DNA from: Savitreella phatthalungensis
Taxonomy: Eukaryota
Length of the DNA stretch: 64,000 bases
NCBI GenBank assembly: GCA_051599415.1
Contig: AP039703.1
Coordinates: 310,001-374,000, forward strand
Direction of reading: 5' to 3'
The position numbers and the translations under genes were made by a program. The notes below the pieces were generated by a model, which had not been told where the DNA came from, did no database searches, and saw nothing but the letters and a program-made list of their open reading frames with translations. This document shows, one piece after another, positions 33,112 through 43,532 of the stretch (within the stretch, counting starts at the first letter, position 1; every line of letters starts with the position of its first letter).

Positions 33112-33175
33112 TTGACTGATTGACTGCATGATTGACTGATTGACTGATTGACTGATTTGATGTATCGATCGATCA
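33112..33175. repeat. (TTGACTGA)n / period-4 array in the divergent CPR6-HAS1 promoter
   Basis: ttgactgattgactgcatgattgactgattgactgattgactgatttgatgtatcgatcgatc. Confidence 0.8.
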
Positions 33176-33342
33176 GAAACGCCGCGGTGATTGTGTGGTG
33201 TGTGATTTCGAGAAATTTGTTGATGCATAAATGGTCGAGCGTACACAGGCTTGTATTGGCTGGAGACTCAAGGCACAAGAATCAACCTCACGAAGTGCTT
33301 ACACCAGGCTCGTTGAGAGCAGTCTTCTGGAAAACAGTAATC

Positions 33343-35067
33343 ATGGTCGAGACAACTGCTCAAATCGTCAAGAAACGTAAACGCAGTCATGCAAAAGCAG
33401 AGCGGCCAGTCACAGAGCCCTCTGCTCCGTTCGCCGTAAAACATTTGAAAAAGGAAGTCGACGCAGAAGGACACGGCCCAGATGATGTTGTGAACGCCAA
33501 GCAAGACGTCACAGCTGACGAAGAAATGGTCAATGCGTCCGCAATTGCACCTTTGCCAAAGATTGCTGATCCAAAGCTGTTCAGCGAGCTTGCGCTATCT
33601 CCTGGCACAGCCAAAGCAATCAATGAGCTCGGCTTCGATAAGATGACTGAGGTCCAGGCGCGCACCATCCCGCCGCTCATGGCTGGCAGAGACGTCCTGG
33701 GTGCCGCTAAAACCGGTTCCGGCAAAACGCTTGCATTTCTGATACCTGCAATCGAGATGCTGCACGCCTTGAAATTTAAGCCTCGGAATGGCACAGGCGT
33801 CATTGTCGTCTCACCCACGCGAGAACTCGCACTACAAATTTTCGGCGTGGCAAAAGAGCTCATGGTACATCACCACCAGACTTTCGGCATCGTCATTGGA
33901 GGAGCCAACCGGCGAGCGGAAGCGGAGAAGCTCCTGAAGGGTGTAAATCTTCTCATCGCGACACCTGGTCGTCTGCTCGATCATCTGCAAAATACCAAGG
34001 GGTTCGTCTACCGCAATATGAAGGCTCTTATAATAGATGAGGCGGACCGCATCTTGGAAATCGGCTTCGAGGACGAGATGCGTCAGATCATAAAGATCAT
34101 CCCTGCAGAAAATCGCCAGTCCATGCTTTTCAGCGCGACACAGACGACCAAAGTCGAGGATCTGGCTCGTATCTCCCTGCGGCCCGGTCCATTGTACATC
34201 AACGTCGATCAGGACAAGGAGGCTAGCACGGCTGAGGGTCTGGAGCAGGGTTACATCGTTTGCGAGTCAGACAAGCGCTTCCTCGTTCTTTTCTCGTTCC
34301 TCAAGCGCAACCTGAAGAAGAAGATCATTGTGTTCTTCAATTCTTGCAACTGCGTCAAGTACCACGCAGAACTGCTTAATTACATCGACTTGCCTGTGCT
34401 CGATCTGCACGGCAAGCAGAAGCAGCAGAAGCGCACCAATACCTTCTTCGAGTTCTGCAACGCAAAGAGTGGAATACTCATCTGCACGGACGTTGCTGCC
34501 CGGGGACTCGACATTCCGGCAGTCGACTGGATTGTCCAATTTGATCCACCAGACGATCCTCGGGACTACATTCATCGTGTTGGCCGGACCGCACGAGGTA
34601 CAGCCGGCAAAGGTCGATCGCTCATGTTTCTTGCCCCGTCCGAGCTTGGCTTCCTGCGCTATCTCAAGGCTGCGAAGGTTCCCCTCAACGAGTTCGAAGT
34701 CCCGGCTCAAAAGATTTCAAATGTCCAGAGCCAGCTTGAGAAGCTCGTTTCGAAGAACTACTATCTCAATAAATCTGCTAAAGAAGGTTATCGCGCCTAC
34801 CTGCAGGCCTATGCAAGCTATTCACTGAAATCCATCTTCGATATCAACAAACTGGATCTTGCCAAGGTTGCCAGGTCATTCGGATTCACGTCTCCCCCCG
34901 GCGTCAATCTGAATCTCGGAAGCCTCAAGGGCACCAAGCGTACTGGCTCGGATCGGGTAGGTTACCACTCGAAGCGCGTCGGTAAAGAACATTACGATAA
35001 ACAACGATCAAACATAGGTTTCCACAAACGAGACGTAGCTGCGGCCTCTCAATCATGGTCCAAGTAG
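33343..35067 (+). CDS. HAS1: DEAD-box RNA helicase Has1 (ribosome biogenesis)
   Basis: [71 protein letters not shown]. Start at ATG 33343. Confidence 0.95.
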   Translation: MVETTAQIVKKRKRSHAKAERPVTEPSAPFAVKHLKKEVDAEGHGPDDVVNAKQDVTADEEMVNASAIAPLPKIADPKLFSELALSPGTAKAINELGFDKMTEVQARTIPPLMAGRDVLGAAKTGSGKTLAFLIPAIEMLHALKFKPRNGTGVIVVSPTRELALQIFGVAKELMVHHHQTFGIVIGGANRRAEAEKLLKGVNLLIATPGRLLDHLQNTKGFVYRNMKALIIDEADRILEIGFEDEMRQIIKIIPAENRQSMLFSATQTTKVEDLARISLRPGPLYINVDQDKEASTAEGLEQGYIVCESDKRFLVLFSFLKRNLKKKIIVFFNSCNCVKYHAELLNYIDLPVLDLHGKQKQQKRTNTFFEFCNAKSGILICTDVAARGLDIPAVDWIVQFDPPDDPRDYIHRVGRTARGTAGKGRSLMFLAPSELGFLRYLKAAKVPLNEFEVPAQKISNVQSQLEKLVSKNYYLNKSAKEGYRAYLQAYASYSLKSIFDINKLDLAKVARSFGFTSPPGVNLNLGSLKGTKRTGSDRVGYHSKRVGKEHYDKQRSNIGFHKRDVAAASQSWSK

Positions 35068-36201
35068 CACTTAAGCTAGACGTAACAATAAATGTTTCGC
35101 TTCTTCTATGGTCTACTGAGGCACTGAGCCAGAGGCCATACCCTACAGAGACCTCAAACTTATCAGCGATGACTTAGTCGCTCTAGCCTGGCGGGTGCAT
35201 CGTCTTCAAGAAACGACAAATCCTCTGCTCGACCAGAGAGATAGACCGTCTGACAGAGGGCGAATGACCGGCTGGATTCCAAGTGCAAATATGAAGGTAC
35301 CTTGGCTTTGGCTACGACGGAGAAGACCTTGTACGATCTCAGACCTTTGCAGACTGGTATCAGACATGAAAGTATAAGGTAGCTAGGGTGTTTTTCTCAA
35401 AAGGACATGGTGAGCATGACGCACACCTGCCTTCCGACCAAATGCCGGTGTCATCAGCAAAGTCGCAGAGGCCTGCAATCCCACGAAGGTCGTCTCCGCA
35501 AGTGCCTAGCGTAACTCCTACGGAGTGTGCTTTGTTTTACGTGTCAAAGCGGTCGTGTCGTTCTGGAATCCATCGACGGTGCCTGGTTGCTTAGCCAATG
35601 CATGCGTGTGCTTCTAGAGGTACAAGTTTGCGTATTGCCAGTTTGTGGTATCAAACCTAAAGAAAATCAGGTGTGCATTATAATGGGAGATCTGGAGTGT
35701 ATAGTATAGAACTTTCGAATCTTGCCCTCATACCCCTCGCTGGCAGGCAGATGGCCACGGTCATAAATTCGTGCAACGATTTGATGTATCGAATCGAAAA
35801 GTCATCAATGAGGTCGATAATTATCAGCGCGGTGCATTGAAGTGGACAATTCCCAAATTCTGCTTGTAGCTCTTTTGTTGGATAGCCTCAGAATGCACAA
35901 GTGGTCGGTCAGCTTCGAACGCAGGGGAAGCAAGGAGGCGACTAAAGGAGAATCCCTTGTGTCCAGGCATGGCACCTTGCGTTCAGCCCTTTGTCGGAAA
36001 TAAAGCTGCACAGCAAATCCTGTCTCATCGAGTCCATGGCCGGACTCCTTGCGTGAGCTTCCTCAATGGAAGGCAAAGGGCTATAAGAACAGTTGTTTCT
36101 GCAACATAAAACGTTCATTCACTCTCTTTTTGCCACCTTTGCAAGCCTCTCTTTCGTAGTCCTCTCTGAACGACGTCCACTCTCTCTACCGAAGAATCGA
36201 A

Positions 36202-36819
36202 ATGCTCTTCTCCTCCATCATAACGACCTTGGTCGTCCTGGCAGCTGCTCAGAGCACCAGTTCTTCGAATACCGACACTCCGGTCACGACTATCACACTC
36301 GGCTCCAATGCCATAATCGGCTTGGCCCCCACCTCCACATCATCCATGACCCAGAGTCTTGCAACCATAACGAACTCAGCAGCGACCACAACGGTACCCC
36401 TGGGCGGCACAGGTCCAGCTAGTTCTCTAGCGACAGGCGCTGTCGTAGTGGTGGCCGGCGGGTCGAACAGCAGCGTGCTTGCAGCACCAAGCAATGGAAG
36501 TTCCGGAGTCTCGGTCACAAACGCGACGGTCGCAGGTGCCACTGGCCTGGCACCTGTGACGGTGACAATCATTAGGACCATCTGCGGATGCCCTTCATCG
36601 TCAACTCCGGCCGCAGTTGTGGCCGCAGTACCGACCGTGTCTGTGACACCAGCAGCTGCTATTCTGAACTCTACCGGATCTGCTGCTTCCGTTGTTGCAG
36701 CATCCTCCGCACTGCCGCGGGCCAACACAAACGCTGCCGGCAGACTCGTACCTAACAGTCTCTTCCGGACTTTCGTGGCGATCGTTAGCACCGCCGGCAT
36801 CTTTGCTTTCGCTCTCTGA
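36202..36819 (+). CDS. Secreted Ser/Thr/Ala-rich, probably GPI-anchored cell-surface protein
   Basis: Signal peptide MLFSSIITTLVVLAAAQ; S/T-rich body with one CGC motif; omega-like TNAAG followed by a hydrophobic tail; TATA-like element near 36082. Confidence 0.8.
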   Translation: MLFSSIITTLVVLAAAQSTSSSNTDTPVTTITLGSNAIIGLAPTSTSSMTQSLATITNSAATTTVPLGGTGPASSLATGAVVVVAGGSNSSVLAAPSNGSSGVSVTNATVAGATGLAPVTVTIIRTICGCPSSSTPAAVVAAVPTVSVTPAAAILNSTGSAASVVAASSALPRANTNAAGRLVPNSLFRTFVAIVSTAGIFAFAL

Positions 36820-36886
36820 TAGTCTTGCAAGATCCATATGCTACGCGAGACGATAGAACAGTCAATAATGATGATTTAGAGCATGA

Positions 36887-37714
36887 TCATGACCCGAGTA
36901 GCATTGGACACGGTTGTCCATAATAGAATGCTCCTTCGCGCAGCTCGTGCTCGGTGGCCGCCCATTGCGATCGCTTGTCTGAGTGTTTGCGATCAAGATC
37001 GCCTAGGATTATACAACCTTTCTCTAAATCGACATATGCTGAGCAGTCGCGCAACGTCATCGCCAGTGCCTGATCCCTCGCTTCCTGTTGAAGCTTTTTC
37101 AGGTGCATCAGCAAAGGATTCTGGTACAGGAGCTTTGCGAGAGCAGATTGAGAATCCACGGACAACCTCCATGAACGTTCGGCTGAAAGGGCTTGCACCG
37201 CTCTGTCGACATCGGAACGGCGGAGACTGATCAGATCAAGTGGACAGAAGCCAGACGCGCTGGAAGGGCTTCTCATGCGTCGCACAGCACAAGTCCTGCA
37301 AACGATTGCATCTGCGGGCGCGTCTGGAGATTGAGCGAGCCATTTTGGCTTGAACTCCAAAAGCGCGCGGCCGCGGTCGTCCCGAAGTAAAGGCATCCGT
37401 GAGGCGTGTGTCTCGTTGGAATCGAGCCGTTGACCAACGAAACGTGAATCCCTGTGCTGCGACTGGAGCATGAGATCGAGAACGCTTATCAATTCGCGGC
37501 TTATCTCAACCGCCTCACAGTGGAGCACCTGATCCTGATGATCTCGGAAGAGCGGAAATATGCATTGCTGCATGAACTCCACTTGCTGCTGACAGTCAAA
37601 CTTCCTGAAAACTTGCACCTTACCGAATCGGAGAACGCGACCGTTGTGGCTGAACACTGCGTTCGCGCGTCCTTCGCCGATAAAAGTCCAATGTTGCCGT
37701 CTCAGAGACAGCAT
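36887..37714 (-). CDS. IPK1: Inositol-pentakisphosphate 2-kinase
   Basis: FIGEGRANAVF, LEFKPKWL.QSP..P...CRTC, FCPLDL, AMTLRDCS, DLD.K. Start at ATG 37714. Confidence 0.88.
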   Translation of the reverse strand: MLSLRRQHWTFIGEGRANAVFSHNGRVLRFGKVQVFRKFDCQQQVEFMQQCIFPLFRDHQDQVLHCEAVEISRELISVLDLMLQSQHRDSRFVGQRLDSNETHASRMPLLRDDRGRALLEFKPKWLAQSPDAPADAIVCRTCAVRRMRSPSSASGFCPLDLISLRRSDVDRAVQALSAERSWRLSVDSQSALAKLLYQNPLLMHLKKLQQEARDQALAMTLRDCSAYVDLEKGCIILGDLDRKHSDKRSQWAATEHELREGAFYYGQPCPMLLGS

Positions 37715-37890
37715 GAGCTGGAAATGCTGTAAGAAGACAACTCGCAAAGCTCGGTGTTCGATCTGCTTATGCAGCACCGTTGCCGCTCAGAAAGTGTGAG
37801 CTCCTTACCTGCGTCCATACCATAAAGCCCTCAGTTCTTGTGCCCTGAAATCTGACTGAAGAATATTCTACATATACATTGGTTCAAAAT

Positions 37891-38265
37891 TCATCTTCTT
37901 TTGTTTCTGCCGCTTCGCTGCTTGGCCGAGGACGACTTCAGATGATCCGGCAGCCAGTCATTCGTTGCATTTGAGGACAATTCCTGAGGCGTTCGCGCAG
38001 GCCTAGGCGCGCCCATGGGCAGCTCTACGATGTCCTCACGCCTGTCATGTCTCGCTTCGAGCTGTGCAAGATATTCTGGTGGCAGATCCTCGCGTCGAAA
38101 CGCCTTCTTCTGGGTTGTGATGTACATCTGATTCTTTTTGAGGGTCGGATCGAGCTCGTGCTGTGTCGGACCCCTTTTCCTACGCTGCTTTGTGCCGGGG
38201 CTCATGAAAGTCCATATGACCCCGAGGCCAAGGACTATCAAGACGGGTGCGATTAGTTGCGACAT
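37891..38265 (-). CDS. Small hypothetical single-pass membrane protein (~124 aa)
   Basis: ATG 38265; N-terminal TM segment LIAPVLIVLGLGVIWTFM followed by basic KQRRKR; basic C-terminus. Confidence 0.6.
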   Translation of the reverse strand: MSQLIAPVLIVLGLGVIWTFMSPGTKQRRKRGPTQHELDPTLKKNQMYITTQKKAFRREDLPPEYLAQLEARHDRREDIVELPMGAPRPARTPQELSSNATNDWLPDHLKSSSAKQRSGRNKRR

Positions 38266-39171
38266 TTGCGCTGCGTGAGCTCCTTCTGTACTGATCGACG
38301 AGCGACACTCTCGTTGTGTATGCGTCACTTGACGACACTTCCGCGATTATTGTTGACCTACTCTCAATTAGACTGACGACGTCAAAGCAAAGCGCCGCAC
38401 GGCTCAGACTTATCCGATCGCGATGACGCTCCGGGTTCGGGTCTAGTTTTTGATGCACATGGCGATTGATTTTTGGACACGAAATGCAAATCTCCACGAA
38501 AACGATATGAAGCAAGGCGTCAGAAAAGGTCATGCATGCCTTTCGAAGTTAGCGGAACGAACGAACAGCCTGACGTTGAGACTGTGGTCTTTGCAAGCTC
38601 GATGCCTGTTTGTCATTCGCAGCTCGTGATTAAGAATGTCGTTGTGCGCACATCCATTCGTTGCATGTGCAAGGGGTATACAAGCAATCTAAGCAGATAG
38701 CACGCGCTGAATTGTAGCGTGTCTTCTTGCCGCAAGGCCGGCCGGATGATCTCGCTGACCGTTCTATAGGAGGACAGAAACAGGGACAAGACAGCGGTAG
38801 TCTCGATCCCTTTGAGTCTCTCCTCGCCATCAAGCAACAACGAGGATCACGTATTGGCAATCGTGGCCTTTCAGGTCGACGGATCAAGCGACTCGATAGG
38901 CTGGACTGTAGAAATAACGCCTCTTCCTCAAGGGCAGTGCTATTGCGTGCGCTGGAGCGTTTTGAAGTCTTCCTGGCCTATGTGCTCTGCAGCATTACCA
39001 GACAAGCGGATCGAACTCGTGTTTCTTGCGTGAGGCGCTAATTTTGGCAAGAGAACATGAAAGGGAAAATTAGAACGAGTTTGGTGGCTGGGAATCGATC
39101 TCAACTTGCCTGTGCAAATGGTCAGCTACAGTAGGTAATCCGAGATTGGAGATCCCCCTTGATTCAAAGAT

Positions 39172-39286
39172 TCTTCTGAAGTGGACCACCACTACATTCA
39201 GCACCGCGAACAGATAACCGGGTCTGAATCTTCTGAAGTGGACCACCACTACATTCAGCACCGCGAACAGATAACCGGGTCTGAAT
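39172..39286. repeat. Exact 57-bp tandem duplication
   Basis: TCTTCTGAAGTGGACCACCACTACATTCAGCACCGCGAACAGATAACCGGGTCTGAA at 39172 and 39229. Confidence 0.95.
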
Positions 39287-39525
39287 TCACAGGCATGATT
39301 GCTTCAGCCGAATCTGCGTACACAGTTCGGGGCTCCCATCAGGAAAGCGATCGCTAGCAACCCTGTCGGACCGCTACCGCGCGGCGACGACGCACATGCA
39401 CTCAGACCTCTGTTCCTGAGGAAGACCATCTGACACAATATGAGCTCAGATCGAGTAAGTGATTTCTGAATCCCTCAGCCAAATTGCTCGTCTGTTCTCG
39501 CGCGTCTTGACTATTAGACCATACC

Positions 39526-41180
39526 ATGGTGGTACGAACTCTCTATACCCTACGAGCGAGTTCGAGCCGATTACTAACAAAATCTAGCTTCATAGTTTTT
39601 ACTGGCGACATGCTGCCAATAATGTCAAGGTGACGGGTGACTTCGACGAATGGAAAGGATCTCTCGACATGCAGAAGACTGCGGACGGCGCTTTCGTCAA
39701 AGTCGTCGATCTGCCGGCCGACAAAAAAGTGTTGTACAAGTTCGTCGTCGATGGCCAATGGCAGGTTGACCACGATGCACAAACCGAGGGAGAAGGCGCA
39801 ACACAGAACAACTATCTTATCACTGAGTCAGCACATGGAGTCGAAAGCATCGCAAGTCCGACTGGCAACGACGCGGTCAATGGTGACGCGGTTCCGACCC
39901 TAGGGGCGGCTGCAGAATACACGGGGTCTTCCAAATCTAGCACGGGCCATAATTTCTCTGAGGTTCCTGCAATCACGAATCAAGGACCTGCGCCAGAGGC
40001 CTGGCCGGCAGCGAAGCTGTCAAGCGGTCCTTCGAGCTCGATCTCGTTGGAGAAGCGTGCCGAGGGACTGATCGCAGGCGCTGCGGTCGCTGCTGCAGGT
40101 GGTCTAGCTGCGGGAGCTGCTGCTCTCGGACTGCAAACCCAGGCGAAGGAGATTCGCGAAGCAGCCGGGATTATGGAGCCAGTCGAATCATCACATCAGA
40201 GTGCAATCGTCCCAGCCTCGACGAAGCCAGCCGCTCCGGAGATGACGGAGGCATTACCAGGAGCTACAACTGCCTCGAGAACCGTGGCTGATCAGGCTGT
40301 CGTGGCGACCGAAACAAGCAAGCTTGAGCAAGCTGCTGTCCAGGCCGCGACATTGGCTGCTACCAATGCTCATAATGCTGCCGGACTATCCGGCCTCGGC
40401 GGCGTTGTGCCAGTCGCGAAGGAAATCGCAGATCGTGGCAACTTGGGTTTCACCTCGGTCGGCACCGCTGTCAACGTTGATACCGGTGTCGTGGGCTCTT
40501 CTAAGGTCGTGCAATCCGTCGACCAGGCCAAGCCTACAGAGGAAACACAAACAGCTAAGCTCGCCCAAGGCGCGGCATCTGCCCTTCTCAATCAGCACGA
40601 AAACGGTGCGAAGGTTCAGAAACTAGGCGACCACGCGGTGTTGGCTGAAGTTGGCATTGGCGGCACTGCATTGGGAACTGCTGTCGTGACCGACTCAAGC
40701 ATTAAGGCTGCTGCTGATCTAAACATCCCGACTCAGGCTGCAGAGCATCTCGCCGGACCGGCGACCTCGATTACAGCTACGGAGCCACTTATCGCTCAGT
40801 CTACTGCTAGTCCAAATGACAGCGCGCGAGCTGTCCCCGACTCAAATTTATCTTCTGCCTCTAACTCAGCCGCAGTGGCGACGGCGTCTGCTACGGCTGC
40901 TCCGCTCGATAGTAGAGCCGTGCCTACCCTGGCGAGCCCTGCTCCGGTCGAAACATCCCTTGAACAACCCAAGGCAATGACTGCTGCTCCGAGCCCTGCA
41001 GCCGTCGCCGCTGCCACGGCTGCTGCGAAGGGTCCCGTCACGCCAGCTAAGGACATACGCGCCCCATCAACAGCGCCGCCGCAATCGAGCCAATCGACCG
41101 ACTCGAAGACCACTGACAAGCCGAAGAAGAAGAACAACATTCTCAGACGGATGAAGTCAATGTTCAAGTCGAAGGAATAA
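39526..41180 (+). CDS. AMPK1_CBM (CBM48) domain protein with long Ala/Thr-rich tail (Crp1/Mdg1-like), spliced
   Basis: ATG GTG (39526-39531) plus intron 39532-39587 (GTACGA..TACTAAC..TAG) gives MVLHSFYWRHAANNVKVTGDFDEW..YKFVVDGQW..NNY. C-terminal KKKNNILRRMKSMF is an amphipathic basic end typical of this family. Confidence 0.82.
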
Positions 41181-41594
41181 GGACTGCTGCCTCATTTGCG
41201 CCTGCTCATTTGACTATCTTGTGCATCACGACAATACGTGTCGCCCCTAATACTCGCCTCGTTATAGCAAACTTAATTCCATGTTTCTCTCTAGTGGAGC
41301 GCAATTGTCTGATGTTGCTCATTCAGCTGGTTCATTATATCATTAGCCTGATCACATTTGGGTTGATATTTCCCATCACAGTCCCATACGATACCCGCTT
41401 CCTGTGAATTCAGGCGACCTAGTCGGGATAGAGACCGGAGATCTTCTTGAACCACACGTCACATATCGCAATCAGCAGCGAGACTCGTGGACATCAGGAT
41501 CTAACACTTCATTCTTAGAAGTGCTATAGCCTCGAGAAAGCCTTTGGCGATTTCTCACAGCCAGCACTGTCAAAGAAAGGATCAGCGATTCGAT

Positions 41595-42269
41595 ATGTGG
41601 GGTCTCTTTGGCGGCGGTAGCAAGGCCAAGGCTGATGACCCCAAGGCAGCCATAGTCTCGCTGCAGAGTAATCTGACCTTTCTCGAAAAGCGACAGGCGC
41701 ATCTCACGAAGCAGGCAGAAGAGCAGGAGGCAGAAGCCAAGAAGAACATGCATAACAAGCGCGCAGCCATGGCTGCTCTACGGCGCAAGAAACAATACGA
41801 GAATGAGGTTGACAAGCTGGAGGATCACAAGCGCACTGTAGAACAGCAACTTTTCATGATTCAGAACGCCAACATACAGCACGAAACTGTTCAAGCAATG
41901 AAGCAGGGCGCAGCAGCTATGAAGGCCATCAACAAGGGTATGAATATCGAAAAGGTCGATAAAACTATGGACGAGATACGGGATCAGATGGACGTTTCGA
42001 ACGAGATCTCTGAAGCTTTATCGTCGACAAGGCTTGGATACCCGCAGGAGGATGAAGATGAATTGACTGCCGAGCTCGAGCGCATGCAGCAGGAAGAGCT
42101 CGAGAAGAAATTGCTCGACGGTGGTCGAGTTCCGGCCAATGAGTTGCCCGGCCAGCCGGTACCAGCAGCCAGATTACAAACCGGAATGCAGAAGAGTGCG
42201 ACAAAGACAGCTGAGGAAGAAGCCGAAGAGGAAGAATTCGCCAAACTACAGGCCGAATTTGCTATGTAG
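41595..42269 (+). CDS. SNF7: ESCRT-III subunit Snf7/Vps32
   Basis: MWGLFGG N-terminus, AALRRKKQYE, IEKVDKTMDEIRDQ, DEDELTAELE, C-terminal EEEFAKLQAEFAM. Confidence 0.93.
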   Translation: MWGLFGGGSKAKADDPKAAIVSLQSNLTFLEKRQAHLTKQAEEQEAEAKKNMHNKRAAMAALRRKKQYENEVDKLEDHKRTVEQQLFMIQNANIQHETVQAMKQGAAAMKAINKGMNIEKVDKTMDEIRDQMDVSNEISEALSSTRLGYPQEDEDELTAELERMQQEELEKKLLDGGRVPANELPGQPVPAARLQTGMQKSATKTAEEEAEEEEFAKLQAEFAM

Positions 42270-42335
42270 ACTGGTTCCGTACCCACCTTTTTTGTAAAAT
42301 TAAACGTATTTGCTCGCAAGACCTAAGCATGTGAA

Positions 42336-43355
42336 TCATTCAGGCGCCTGATACGGCTTGACGAGCATCTCGCTGAACTTTCGAATGTTGTCTGGGCCGC
42401 GCACTTCGTGAGTGACTAGCGGCAACTTGACGATATGGAAGTCCTCATAGAGATCCTCGATCTGATCTAGATACTTCCGCTGAACAGCGCGACGCGCGTT
42501 GCACTGCTCGCAACCATTCTCTTTGTTCAGGAGCAGCAGCTGATTGACGACTACATTGTGAGTATCGATCTCGTAGCTAGCGAGGTCTTGCACCATGCGC
42601 TCGGTTTCATATAATGAGAGAAATTCAGAGATACACACGCAGACGAATGTCGTCAATTCAGGATCCTTGAACTGCCGGTTCACTTCTTCGATCGTGCGCC
42701 GGGTTTCCTCCATCTTCCCAAAGAGCTCCTCCTGATTAGTCTGCATTCCCATCATGCTGCCCACCTGATTGATCATTCCGCCAAAGCGCCCAGAGATCTC
42801 TTGTATTTTAGAGAGCGCTCGCTCAAGCAGACTTGGGAAGGACAAAAACCGGAGCGTATGGCCTGTCGGCGCTGTGTCGAACACAATACAACTGTATTCC
42901 ATAGACTTGAGCTGCTTCATCACCTCAGCGAATCCCATCGCTTCATCAATACCGGGGATTGCGCCCTGCAGATCACCGAGCATGCTTTGTAAACCGCCGC
43001 CACCGCTTCCGAACAGGCCAGGCCCGGACGAGCCATTCTCTGCCATATCCTGAAGAGCCCCTTGAGGATCGATCTCCATAGCCGAGAGGTTCTCGAAACC
43101 GTCGACCTTGACAGCCTCTTTGCCGAATTTTTGGGAGAAAGCATCCGAGAGGTTGTGTGCCGGATCAGTAGAGATAAGCAAGACAGACTCGCGGCATTTC
43201 GCAAGCTGCACAGCAAGCGAGCACGATGTCGTCGTTTTGCCTACTCCGCCCTTGCCGCCTACAAAGATCCATTTGAGAGACTTCTGGTCCAGAACGTTCT
43301 GTAGCGTCGCTTCGAGCGGATTGCTAGTCTGCACGACCACTGAATTGTCAGACAT
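42336..43355 (-). CDS. GET3: Get3/ASNA1 ATPase (tail-anchored protein targeting)
   Basis: [57 protein letters not shown], CxxC. Confidence 0.96.
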   Translation of the reverse strand: MSDNSVVVQTSNPLEATLQNVLDQKSLKWIFVGGKGGVGKTTTSCSLAVQLAKCRESVLLISTDPAHNLSDAFSQKFGKEAVKVDGFENLSAMEIDPQGALQDMAENGSSGPGLFGSGGGGLQSMLGDLQGAIPGIDEAMGFAEVMKQLKSMEYSCIVFDTAPTGHTLRFLSFPSLLERALSKIQEISGRFGGMINQVGSMMGMQTNQEELFGKMEETRRTIEEVNRQFKDPELTTFVCVCISEFLSLYETERMVQDLASYEIDTHNVVVNQLLLLNKENGCEQCNARRAVQRKYLDQIEDLYEDFHIVKLPLVTHEVRGPDNIRKFSEMLVKPYQAPE

Positions 43356-43532
43356 TGCTGCAGTGTGTAAGCAATGGTCTTGGGTGTGTAATCATGTGAA
43401 TACAATAATACCCGGCCAAAGACACGTACGTATGTAATTCATATATGCAATTTGTACTTTATGACTATCTACAAATATCAAGAGCTCCCCCGGCAGGCGT
43501 CAACAGTCCGATGACAGTTTGTCGCACATGTT

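Noticed and set aside
29781..35067. Alternative genetic code (CUG or stop reassignment)
   Set aside because: CTG occurs at positions that read naturally as Leu in ICL1 and HAS1, and all three stop codons end conserved genes at expected positions.
36249..36830. 193-aa antisense ORF opposite the GPI protein
   Set aside because: Mirror of low-complexity Ala/Thr/Val codons; the signal peptide and GPI signal support the + strand.
38400..39100. Short overlapping ORFs of 70-104 aa
   Set aside because: Mostly non-ATG starts and no motifs; treated as divergent promoter DNA.
39172..39286. CRISPR-like interpretation of the 57-bp repeat
   Set aside because: Two abutting copies with no spacer, no cas genes, and a eukaryotic context.
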